A stretch of 64,000 bases of DNA, from positions 160,001 through 224,000 of the forward strand of contig CAVYGB010000013.1 of assembly GCA_963767925.1 (NCBI GenBank), written 5' to 3'. The notes under the pieces are model-generated. The model saw only the letters and a list, made by a program, of their open reading frames with translations. It searched no databases and was not told the origin of the DNA. Below, in pieces: positions 26,761-36,167 of this stretch. This DNA is from an uncultured delta proteobacterium (GTDB taxonomy: Bacteria; Myxococcota_A; Polyangia; Fen-1088). Position numbers and translations under genes: made by a program. Positions within the stretch are counted from its first letter, which is position 1. Each line of letters opens with the position of its first letter.

Positions 26761-27362
26761 CTGGCGAGCGAGTTCACCAACGCGCCGAACCTGGTCACGA
26801 TGGGCCGGGTCATCCTGATCCCGGGCGTGCTGTTCTTCATCGATAACTACAGCCCGCTGCGCAGCTTCATCGCGGCCCTGCTGTACCTGGTGTCGGCGGC
26901 CACCGACGCCCTCGACGGCTACCTGGCCCGCCGCCGCGGGCAGGTGAGCGTGCTCGGCAAGTTCCTCGATCCCCTGGCCGACAAGCTGATCGTCACCGCC
27001 GTGCTGGTGGTGATGGTGGGGCTGGGGCGGGTGCCCGCCTGGGTGGTGGTGGTGATGATCGCCCGCGACCTGGCGGTCAACGGCCTGCGCGGGCGTGGCC
27101 TCGGCCCACGGGCTGGTCATCGCGGCCAGCGAAGGGCGGCAAGGTGAAGACCGCCCTGCAGCTGGTGGCCATCGTGATGCTGCTGATCCACTTTCGCTAC
27201 CCGGTGCTGGGGATGGAGGTCAGCGTCGACTACCACGCGGCCGGCATGGTGACCCTCTACGTCTCGCTGGCGATGTCGATGCTCTCGGGCGTCGAATACC
27301 TGCGCCAGTTCGTCGCGGTGCTGGGGCGCGAGGGCGATTCGGCGGGAAGCCCCGCGCCTTGA
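26752..27362 (+). CDS. pgsA: CDP-diacylglycerol--glycerol-3-phosphate 3-phosphatidyltransferase (frameshifted)
   Basis: PNLVTMGR, TDALDGYLARRRGQVSVLGKFLDPLADKL, KTALQ. Confidence 0.9.
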
Positions 27363-28698
27363 TCGTCCTGCCGCTCGACGCCGCCGCGGCGTCCCGGCGG
27401 TCGGGAGGTGGCCCGGCGGCTCGGGCGGGGCCGGGCTCCCTGCTGGCTGATGTCGCCCGGCGCGGGCGAGCTGGGGCTGCACCGCGAATACCTGGCCAGC
27501 GATCCGGTCCAGGTCGTGCGCGGCGATTCCCTGCCCGAGCTGGAGCAGGCCTGGCAGCGGGCGCGCGCCGCCTGGGCGGCGGGGCCCGAGACGCCGGTGG
27601 CGGTGGGCTACCTGTCTTACGATCTCGGCCGCCAGCTCGATCGGCTGCGCAGCCGGCCTCCCGGCCGCCTCGAGCTGGGCGCCCCTCGAGTTTCGCTTCT
27701 ACGACGCCTTCTGGGTGCAACGAGCCGGCCCGGGGGGCCAGCGCGATCTGGGCGGTCGACCGGGCGGCGGCCGAGGCGCTGCGCGTGCGGCTGGCGGTGG
27801 TCCCGCCCCCGCCGGCGCCACCCCACGCTGGACCCCCTGCTGCCGGTGGAGCCACCCGAGCGCTACCTGCGCGCGGCCGAGCGGGTGCTGGGCTACCTGC
27901 AGGCCGGCGACGTCTACCAGGTCAACCTGGCCCGCCGGTTGCGCGCCCGCTGCCGGGGCGACGGGCCGCCCGGCCTCGAGCTGTTCGCCCGGCTGGTCGA
28001 GCGGGCGCCGGCCCCCCACGCCCTGTGGCTGGCGGGGGAGGGCGGCCGGGCGCTGCTCGGCAACTCGCCGGAGCGGTTCCTGCGCCTGCAGGCCGACGGC
28101 GCCATCTCGACCGCGCCCATCAAGGGGACCCGCCCGCGCGGCGGCGCCGAGGACGCCGCCCGGATCGCCGAGCTGGTCGGCGCCCCCAAGGACCGGGCCG
28201 AACACGTCATGATCGTGGATCTCGAGCGCAACGATCTCGGGCGGATCTGCACCGGTCGGCTCGGTCACCGTAGAGGACCCCCTGCGCCTGCTGTCGCTGC
28301 CCAGCGTGTTTCACCTCGTGAGCACGGTGCGCGGCCAGCTCCGCCCCGGCCTGGGCCTGGCGGAGATCTTGCGAGCGACCTTCCCCGGGGGATCGATCAC
28401 CGGCGCGCCCAAGCTGCGGGCGATGGAGATCATCGACGAGCTCGAGCCAGCCAGCCGCGGTCCTTACACCGGCGCCAGCGGCTGGCTGGGGGCTGCCGGG
28501 GACTTCGATCTGGCGATCGCGATCCGCACCGCCCTGCTGGAGGACGAGACGCTCACCCTCTGGGTGGGCGGGGGCATCGTGGCCGACTCGTCACCGGAGG
28601 CCGAGCTGGAGGAGACGACGGTCAAGGCCGCCGCCTTCGCCGGCCTGGTCACCGAGCGCGGCGGCGCTACTCCCGCGGGCGCTCCACCACCCCGCTGA
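27359..28698 (+). CDS. pabB: Aminodeoxychorismate/anthranilate synthase component I family (frameshifted)
   Basis: GDVYQVNL, SPERFL, PIKGTRPR, AEHVMIVDLERNDL, FPGGSITGAPK, IAIRT, VGGGIVADS; the PIKGT motif favours PabB over TrpE. Confidence 0.8.
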
Positions 28699-29041
28699 CG
28701 GCCATCGGCCGCGCCTCCACGGTGGCGTCCTCGGGGTTGGATTCGTCGACGCCCTCGGCGAACTCCTCCGCGGAGGAGGTCTCCAGGAAAGGTCCCCCGA
28801 TCTCCTCGGACACGATCTGGTTCATCACCTCGTCGTCGACGTTGCCCCCGGTGGTCGCGGAGGCGACGAAGTCCTCGGCCAGCGTCTCGGCCAGGTCGTC
28901 GGGCGCGCGCGAGGGGCCGCCTTCCTGAGGATCGGGAAAAAATGCGTCAGCGGAATCGCTGCGCGCCGTCCGCTGGGCCAGCGTTCGGCGATCGTCGTTT
29001 GTGGAAAATTGCCGTCCGGATTGCTCGTCACGTTTGGCCAT
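28667..29041 (-). CDS. Small acidic hypothetical protein
   Basis: Asp/Glu-rich ORF (AETLAEDFVASATTG..EEIGGPFLETS) with coding-like codon usage. Confidence 0.65.
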   Translation of the reverse strand: MAKRDEQSGRQFSTNDDRRTLAQRTARSDSADAFFPDPQEGGPSRAPDDLAETLAEDFVASATTGGNVDDEVMNQIVSEEIGGPFLETSSAEEFAEGVDESNPEDATVEARPMAVSGVVERPRE

Positions 29042-29253
29042 GAAGCTGTCTCCCCGGGTCTTCTCTCCCTCTGCGGGTTGCTCTGCTGCAGTCAAAGATG
29101 GGTCGAGAAACGTCGCGTGGCCCTAGTTTTGTCGTCATCGGGGGCAGGCCTGTTACCTGCAAAACGTTCGTTTTAGCCGGCCGCCGTGCGGGACCGCCGA
29201 GGCCCATTGCGGGAGGTGCGGAACCCTCCTAGGGTTCTGCCCAGAGAAAACAC

Positions 29254-32200
29254 TTGGGGCGGGCAGTTCTTCGACGGAGTTTTCAGGTCGCGGCGTGGGC
29301 CCTCGCCGCGATGGTCGGCCTCATCGCCCTGTGCGCCGTCCTGTTGCCGCTCGTCTTCCGGGGGCCCCGCCTGGCCTGGGCGCTGGGCAAGGCCTTGCCC
29401 CCCATGCAGGGGGAGATCCACCTCGGCGGTGGGCGGCTGGGGGTGGGGGCGCTGTTTTCGCTGGCCCTCGGGCGCCCGACCAGCCTGGTCCTGCAGGATC
29501 TGCGGGTGCTGGATCCGGAGGGGGTGGAGGTGTTCTGGGCGGCCGATCTGCGCGCCGCGCTCGCGGTGGAGCGCGCGCCCCTGCGGATCGTGATCCACGA
29601 CCTGCGCCCGGGTGTGTCGCGCTGGCGGCTGGCCCGCATGCGCACGCGGGGCGGGATCGGGTTCTTGGCGGCCTTCGTGCCGCGGGGCCGGCGTCCCGAG
29701 CTGGCCCCGCCCGGTCGGCCCGCCCCGCCGGTCGAGCGCGAGCGGCCCGTCCGGCCGGAGGGCGCGACGCGGCCCCCGGGTGAGCCCCGGCTGCAGTTCG
29801 CCATCGCCAGCGCCCACCTCGACGGCACCCGTGCCACCTTCGACTTTCCCGGCTGGGGGCTCGACCTGCAGGACATCCGCGCCACGGGCAGCTTCTGGGC
29901 CGGCCTGCGCGGCGACGGACGCCCGCCGATCGGCTTCGAGGTGCGCGATATCCACGCCCGCGGTGGCGGCGGCCTGCGCATCGGCGCGGGCCGCCAGGCC
30001 GCCCAGGTGCCCTTCGACAAGGCGCGCCTTCACTGGATCGGCACGCCGTCCCACGCGCCCGCCGACCTGCTGCTGCTCGTCTCGGGCGCCACAACCGGGC
30101 GCTCGCGGCTGTCGGGGCGGGCCCAGTTCGTCTCGCTGTTCGCTTCGCGGCGCGCCCTGACGGCGGCGCCCGGCCTGCCCCGGCCGGGCATGGAGATCGA
30201 CGCCGACTGGGAGGAGGCCGCCGACGCTCTCGACGCCCTGGTCAAGCAGCGGGGCCTGCGCGGCGTCGCGGTGGCCGGCGAGGGGGCCCACGTGGAGGTC
30301 CGGGTCCGGGGCCCCTTCCGGCAGCTACAGGGCCGCTTCGAGGCGGAGAAGCTGGATCTCACGGTGGCCGGGTTCCGGCTGCGCGACCTGGCCCTCGACC
30401 TCGGCCTGCGCACGTCGCCGCTGCGGGTCGGGCTCGACCGCCTGTCCTTCAAGTCGCCCGGCGGGGGCGGCATAGAGGCCTACGGCGTGTTCTCCGGATC
30501 GGGCAACGCCCGCCTGCGCATGCAGGTCGACCGGCTGGCGACCGGCGCGCTGGTGCCGCCCTACCTGCGCCCGCTGGTGGGGGGCACCGCCCAGGGCTGG
30601 CTGGCGGCGCGGGCGGACATCCCGCGCCAGTCGTTCGTCCTCGAAGGGATGGAGCTGACGCTCGAGCGAGATCGGCGCGGCCCGCTGCCCCGGACCATCC
30701 GCCTCTTCACGGGCGCGCCCAGCGGCGCCGCCACCACCGGCGACGTGCTGCACGGCAGCCTCGAGGGGGTGCGCTACCAGCGGGGGACGCTGAGCGTGCG
30801 GCGGGCGGCGGCCAGCGCCTTCGGGGCCCAGGTGGCGGCCTCGCTGGCGCTGCACACCCGCGGCCTGGACCGCGACGGCAAGACGCCCCACCTCGAGTTC
30901 GGGTTCGATGCCCGCAACCTCGACCTGCGCAAGGCCCTGCCCCGGTTCCCCGTCTCGGGGAGGCTGTCGATGTCGGCCCGGGCCAGCGGACCGCTCGACG
31001 ACCTCACGGCCCACCTGCGCTTCTTGCCGCCCGGCCGGCTGACCGTGTTCGACCAGCCCTACGGGCTGCCGCCGCAGGTGGATCTGCGGGTGCGCGGCGA
31101 TCTGCTGGTCCTCTCGCCGTTTTCGCTGGCTCCGCCCGGCGGGGGCCAGCTCACGGTGGCGGGCAAGCTGGTCTTCGACCGCGAGGTCGAGCTCGATCTC
31201 GATCTGCGGGACCACCGGCTGGATCGCCTCCCGGTCCTGGCGCGCCGGATGGTGGGGGTGGCGGGCGACGTGTCGGCCAGCCTGCGGCTGCGCGGCCGCC
31301 CCGAAGAGCCCCGCCTGTCCGGGACCCTCGATCTCGACGCGCGGGAGGTCCCGCTGACCGCGCTGCTGCCCGGCGTGCCCGGGCTGGATCGGGCCGGCCT
31401 GCGCCTGGCGGGCGGGTTCGAGCTGGCGGTGTCCCGGCGCAAGCCGATGCAGATCGGGGCCGAGATCCGCGACCTGCAGCTCGCCTACGGCTGCTCGGGC
31501 GCGCGCCGGCCGGTCCGGGCCGGGAGCTGCGTGCGCTTCCAGAATAGCGGTCCGATGCGGCTGCGTTCGGTGGGCGGCATGCGGCGGATCGAGCTCGACC
31601 GGACCCGCCTGCGCACGGCGGGCAGCGACTTCTCGCTGGCCGGCCGGCTCTCCGAGGGGGACCTCGACGCCCGGCTCGAGGGTCGCTTCGCGGTCGGCCT
31701 GTTCGAGCCCTTCTACCGCCGCTGGCCCGTCTCGGTCGCCGGCACCATCGGGGCGGCGCTGCACGTCGGCGGCTCGACCCGGGCGCCTCGGGTCGAGGGC
31801 ACCCTCCGCGTCGCCGAGCCGCTGGTGGTGCGGCACCGCTCGGGCCGGATCGAGCTGCAGATGGTGGAGGGCGAGCTGGCCCTGCGCGGCGGCCGGCTGT
31901 TCGCCTCCGGGGTCCAGCTCCTGGGCCACGGGGTGCGCCTGCGGCTCGACGGCGAGGCCCCGGGCGGGCGCGCCGATCCCGACAGCCCGCTGCGCCTGCG
32001 CCTCGGCGGCGAGATCGACACCGCTCTGCTGGCCCGCTCGTTCCCCGAGGTCGTGACCCGGGCCAGCGGCACCGTCCGGCTCGACGGCAAGCTCGAGGGC
32101 AGCCTGGCCGCTCCCCGCCTGGACGGGCAGGTCGAGATCGGCGCCCTGTCGGCCCGGCTCCGCCAGCGGGACCTCGAGATCACGGTCCAGCCGGCGCGCA

Positions 32201-32778
32201 TCGAGGTGCGCGAGAACCGGGTCACCCTGAGCGGGCTCACCGTCGACACCCGCCCGGGCGGGCGGCTGGTGGTGGGGCCACCCGGGGCGCCCGCTCAGCT
32301 CGAGATCCTCAAGCTCGTCCCCTTCGTGATGGGCCAGGTCCGGCTGCCGGTCGCGGGGCGCGGCCTGAACGTCGCCTTGCCCTGGCTCACCTTGCAGCAA
32401 GGCGCCTTCGACGTGATCCTGCAGGGGGACGCCGACCAGGGGCCGATCTGGCTGAAGGGTCGGGCCGAGGTCGGCGCCGGTCGCTACTGGCCCCTGCGGG
32501 GGCCCCGCACCGGCGGGGCGGGGGGCAACGCCGCCGCCCGGGTCCAGCGCCGGCTACCCCGCTCGATGCGCCCGGCGAGCTTGCCGATCCAGCTCGACCT
32601 GCAGGTCGTCGGCGACGGCCAGCGCTTCGTCATCGATCCGGGCTGGCTGCCCGACCTGCACCTCGACCTCGACGTCCGGATCGGCGGCACCGCCGCCCGC
32701 CCGCGCGTGGTCTGGGACGCCGATCCCCGCGGGTTGTGGACCCGGTTCGTGATGATGATCTACCGCTGGGTCTCCTGA
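29254..32778 (+). CDS. AsmA/TamB-like envelope protein
   Basis: N-terminal TM anchor and long runs of alternating beta-strand pattern; repeated GxxxxPRLxG motifs. Confidence 0.6.
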   Translation: MGRAVLRRSFQVAAWALAAMVGLIALCAVLLPLVFRGPRLAWALGKALPPMQGEIHLGGGRLGVGALFSLALGRPTSLVLQDLRVLDPEGVEVFWAADLRAALAVERAPLRIVIHDLRPGVSRWRLARMRTRGGIGFLAAFVPRGRRPELAPPGRPAPPVERERPVRPEGATRPPGEPRLQFAIASAHLDGTRATFDFPGWGLDLQDIRATGSFWAGLRGDGRPPIGFEVRDIHARGGGGLRIGAGRQAAQVPFDKARLHWIGTPSHAPADLLLLVSGATTGRSRLSGRAQFVSLFASRRALTAAPGLPRPGMEIDADWEEAADALDALVKQRGLRGVAVAGEGAHVEVRVRGPFRQLQGRFEAEKLDLTVAGFRLRDLALDLGLRTSPLRVGLDRLSFKSPGGGGIEAYGVFSGSGNARLRMQVDRLATGALVPPYLRPLVGGTAQGWLAARADIPRQSFVLEGMELTLERDRRGPLPRTIRLFTGAPSGAATTGDVLHGSLEGVRYQRGTLSVRRAAASAFGAQVAASLALHTRGLDRDGKTPHLEFGFDARNLDLRKALPRFPVSGRLSMSARASGPLDDLTAHLRFLPPGRLTVFDQPYGLPPQVDLRVRGDLLVLSPFSLAPPGGGQLTVAGKLVFDREVELDLDLRDHRLDRLPVLARRMVGVAGDVSASLRLRGRPEEPRLSGTLDLDAREVPLTALLPGVPGLDRAGLRLAGGFELAVSRRKPMQIGAEIRDLQLAYGCSGARRPVRAGSCVRFQNSGPMRLRSVGGMRRIELDRTRLRTAGSDFSLAGRLSEGDLDARLEGRFAVGLFEPFYRRWPVSVAGTIGAALHVGGSTRAPRVEGTLRVAEPLVVRHRSGRIELQMVEGELALRGGRLFASGVQLLGHGVRLRLDGEAPGGRADPDSPLRLRLGGEIDTALLARSFPEVVTRASGTVRLDGKLEGSLAAPRLDGQVEIGALSARLRQRDLEITVQPARIEVRENRVTLSGLTVDTRPGGRLVVGPPGAPAQLEILKLVPFVMGQVRLPVAGRGLNVALPWLTLQQGAFDVILQGDADQGPIWLKGRAEVGAGRYWPLRGPRTGGAGGNAAARVQRRLPRSMRPASLPIQLDLQVVGDGQRFVIDPGWLPDLHLDLDVRIGGTAARPRVVWDADPRGLWTRFVMMIYRWVS

Positions 32779-34544
32779 AAGACGGCGCCGGCGGCCAGCG
32801 TGAGCACCACCTGCTTGAGGTGGTTCATGTCGACCGGCTTGGCCACGAAGCTGTGGAACCCCGCCGCCATCGCCCGGGCCCGGTCGTCCTCCCGGGCCAG
32901 GGCGGTCAGGGCGATGGCGGGCACGTCGCCGCCCTGGTCGGGCGCCAGGGCCCGGATCTTCCGGAGCAGGCTGCAGCCGTCTTCCCCGGGCATGGCGATG
33001 TCGCTGAGCACCAGGGTCGGCTGGAACTCGGCGACGAGGGCGAAGGCGGCGGCCGCCGAGTCGGCCACCTGCACCAGCGCCCCGGCCTGGGCCAGCATCT
33101 CGGCCACCGCCTCGCGCGTGTCGCGATCGTCGTCGACAACCAGGATGCGCGGGCGCACCGACCCGCTGGGGCCCCGCGCCCGCAGGCCCGACCAGCCCGG
33201 CATGCGGGTCAGGGACATCGTCGCCAGCTCGTGGGCCTCCGTGCGCACCGCCAGCCGGGGCAGCCGCACCGTGAAGGTGGCGCCGCTGCCGGGGCCCGAG
33301 CTGTCCGCCTCGATCGACCCGCCGTGCAGCTCGACGAGGTGGCGGGCGATGGTGAGGCCGAGGCCCAGGCCGCCGTGGGCCCGGGTGGGGGACTTGTCGG
33401 CCTGGGTGAAGCGCTCGAACACCTGGGGCAAGAACGCCGGATCGATGCCGATGCCGGTGTCGCTCACCGAGAGCAGGGCCTCGTCGCCGTCCTCGGTCAG
33501 CGCGACCCGCACCCGCCCCCCTTCGGGCGTGAACTTGATGGCGTTGTTGATCAGGTTGGCCGCCACCTGCTCCAGCCGGACCGGGTCGCCCTCCACCATG
33601 CCCACCGGCTGCAGGTCGCTCTCCACCGTGATCTGCTTGCGCTCGGCCCCCACCTTCGCCGACTCGAAGGTCAGCGCCACCACCGCCCGCAGGTCGACCG
33701 CCCGCAGGTCCATCCGCACCTTGCCGCTGACGATGCCCGAGACGTCGAGCAGGTCGTCGATGAGCTGCTTTTGCATGCGGGTGCCGCGGGCGATCGCCTC
33801 GTAGGCCCGCCGCCGGCGGGGCAGGTCCGGCTCCTTCTCCAGCAACATCTGGGCGTTGACCAGGATGCTCGTGAGGGGCGTGCGCAGCTCGTGCGAGAGG
33901 GTGGCGAGGAACTGATCTTCGGCCCCGTTGGCCCGCTCGGCCTCGGTGCGGGCGGCCACCGCGTCGGCCACCGAGCGGCGGAGGGCGTCGATGTCGACGA
34001 GCGAGAGGATGGCCCCGTCGATGCGGTTGTCGGCGGTCCGGTAGGGGCGGATCTGCAAGCGGTGCCAGCGCCCCTCGCGGTCGCGCACCTCCGACTCCTT
34101 GACCGGCACGCCGTCCATCACCTCGGCGATCTGGCCGTCGAGGTCGGGGACGCCGAGCACCTCGTAGGCGAAGCTGGCCATCGGCCGCCCGACGTCGGTG
34201 GGCTGCAGGTCGAACAGCAGGCGGGCCTTCGGCGTGAAGCGCCGGATGCGCTGGAAGGTGTCGACGATGAGCATCGGGACATCGATCGCCGACACCAGGT
34301 TGAGGAGGTCGCCGTTGATGCGCTCGCACTCGTGGTTGCGCCGGGCCAGCTCCTCGTTCACCGAGGAGAGCTCCTGGTTGACCCGGGTCAGCTCATCGTT
34401 GGTGGCCTCCAGCTTGTTCTGGGCGGCCTGCAGCTCCTCGTTGAGCAGCCGGAGCTCGTCGTTCGCGGTGGCGAGATCGACCGGGCGTGGAGGCACCGCG
34501 CTCGGCACCGTGGTCGAAGAGGGGGATAGGCTGCTCCCTTTCAC
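32760..34544 (-). CDS. Hybrid sensor histidine kinase (coiled coil-PAS-HisKA-HATPase-receiver)
   Basis: SHELRTPL, NLINNAIKFT, DTGIGI, GGLGLGL, ILVVDD, SDIAMP, KP. Confidence 0.92.
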   Translation of the reverse strand: MKGSSLSPSSTTVPSAVPPRPVDLATANDELRLLNEELQAAQNKLEATNDELTRVNQELSSVNEELARRNHECERINGDLLNLVSAIDVPMLIVDTFQRIRRFTPKARLLFDLQPTDVGRPMASFAYEVLGVPDLDGQIAEVMDGVPVKESEVRDREGRWHRLQIRPYRTADNRIDGAILSLVDIDALRRSVADAVAARTEAERANGAEDQFLATLSHELRTPLTSILVNAQMLLEKEPDLPRRRRAYEAIARGTRMQKQLIDDLLDVSGIVSGKVRMDLRAVDLRAVVALTFESAKVGAERKQITVESDLQPVGMVEGDPVRLEQVAANLINNAIKFTPEGGRVRVALTEDGDEALLSVSDTGIGIDPAFLPQVFERFTQADKSPTRAHGGLGLGLTIARHLVELHGGSIEADSSGPGSGATFTVRLPRLAVRTEAHELATMSLTRMPGWSGLRARGPSGSVRPRILVVDDDRDTREAVAEMLAQAGALVQVADSAAAAFALVAEFQPTLVLSDIAMPGEDGCSLLRKIRALAPDQGGDVPAIALTALAREDDRARAMAAGFHSFVAKPVDMNHLKQVVLTLAAGAVFQETQR

Positions 34545-34807
34545 CAGAGTCTCCCACCTGCCGTGGTTGCACCTTCCTCGATAGCCCCTGTGCTGCGCTG
34601 GGGTGCTATCGATGGTCTCACCCTGCTTTCATCTATGAGGCCTGCCTGGCGCATCCGTCAACGGCAAAGGGCCGCCGCCGCCGCCGGCCCAGCCGAGCGC
34701 GCCGACGACAAAGGTTGCCGCTGGCCCACCTTCCCAGATAACGTCGCCGCCCCTTGGCCGGCGAGGATGACAGACAGGCCGCCCCGCGTGCCGAGACGAC
34801 AGGCGCG

Positions 34808-36130
34808 GTGAAGCTCGTCGCCGCCGCCCTGTTGCTGGGCCTGGCCCTGCAGATCCGCAGCGGCCGCCTCGACCCGATCGCGATCGTCCTGGTGGCGGTC
34901 GCGCTGACCGCTGTCCTGCTCGCGCTGGTGGGTCGACCCTGGCCCGCGCTCGAGCAGCGCGGGGAGCAGGCGGTCGAGCTGGCGCTCGGCGCCGCCCTGG
35001 CGATCACACTGCTGGCCCACCTGCCGCGACCTCCCGGGATTCACCTCACGGTCGTGGGCTTCGCCGGAAGGGCGCCTTTTTTGATCGGGTTGGCGCTGAC
35101 CGCGGCGCTGCTGGGCTTCGACTTCTGGCGACCGGCGCGGGCGCGGGCCTGGCGCGCGCCGCTGCTGATCGGCCTCTTCCTCCTGCTCGGGGGCTGGGTG
35201 GTCCGGCATTCGCCCGACCCTCAGATCGACGTGTTCATCTTCCAGCGCGACGCCGCCGCCGCTCTCCTCGCCGGCGACAACCCGTACCGCCTGACCTTCC
35301 CCAACATCTACGGCGACCGGCCCTACTACGGCGCCGGGCTGGCCTCGGCGGGGCGCCTCAACTTCGGGTTTCCCTATCCGCCCCTGAGCCTCTTTCTGGC
35401 CCTGCCTGGCGCGCTCGCCGGCGACTTCCGCTACGCCCAGCTCGTGGCGATGGCGGGGGCGGGCGCCATCATGGCGGCGCTTCAGCGGGGGCGGATCGGG
35501 TTCCTCGCCGCCGCCCTCTACCTGTTCTCACCGCGGACCTTCTTCGTCCTCGAGCAGGGGTGGACCGAGCCGTTCCTGGTGCTGCTGGCCGCCGCCGTGT
35601 TGCTGGCCGCCCGCCGCGGGCGGGCGCTGCTGCCGGTCGCCATCGGGCTGTTCGTCGCCAGCAAGCAATACCTGGTGCTGGCCCTGCCGGTGTTGCCGCT
35701 GCTCTGGCGGGACCGGCAGGCCCGCCCGCCCTTCGGCCGCAGCGCCGTCCTCGCCGCCGCGACCGCCGCGCTGGTCACGCTCCCGCTCGCCCTGTGGGAC
35801 TGGCCCCCCTTCTGGCACAGCGTCGCCCTGCAAACCGCCCAGCCCTTCCGGGACGATGCGCTCAGCTTCCTGGCGGTGGTGGCGTACCTGACCGGTTACC
35901 GCCCGTCCAGCCTGATCGCCTTCGTAGCCGCCGCGGCGGCGATGGTCGCCGCCTGGCGCCGCTGTCCCCGCACCCCCGCCGGCCTCGCCCTGGCCCTCAG
36001 CCTCGTGTTCTTCGGCTTCTTCGCCTTCAACAAGCAGGCGTTCTGCAACTACTACCACTTCGTCGTCGGCACCTTGTGCCTGGCCATCGCGGCCTGGCCC
36101 CCGGTCGCTCCCGATCGCGCGCGCACCTGA
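34808..36130 (+). CDS. Polytopic membrane protein, GT-C/GT87-like glycosyltransferase
   Basis: Many TM segments; IDV..GDNPY, FPYPP, GWTEP, ASKQY, NYY motifs; start uncertain. Confidence 0.6.
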   Translation: MKLVAAALLLGLALQIRSGRLDPIAIVLVAVALTAVLLALVGRPWPALEQRGEQAVELALGAALAITLLAHLPRPPGIHLTVVGFAGRAPFLIGLALTAALLGFDFWRPARARAWRAPLLIGLFLLLGGWVVRHSPDPQIDVFIFQRDAAAALLAGDNPYRLTFPNIYGDRPYYGAGLASAGRLNFGFPYPPLSLFLALPGALAGDFRYAQLVAMAGAGAIMAALQRGRIGFLAAALYLFSPRTFFVLEQGWTEPFLVLLAAAVLLAARRGRALLPVAIGLFVASKQYLVLALPVLPLLWRDRQARPPFGRSAVLAAATAALVTLPLALWDWPPFWHSVALQTAQPFRDDALSFLAVVAYLTGYRPSSLIAFVAAAAAMVAAWRRCPRTPAGLALALSLVFFGFFAFNKQAFCNYYHFVVGTLCLAIAAWPPVAPDRART

Positions 36131-36167
36131 GGGCCGCCCCGCCCGCGGCGGTCTATATTTGCCGGGC

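Noticed and set aside
21707..28698. True pseudogenes or programmed frameshifting
   Set aside because: Indels are spread over unrelated neighbouring genes with intact motifs, and no shared slippery site was noticed; sequencing error is the simpler explanation.
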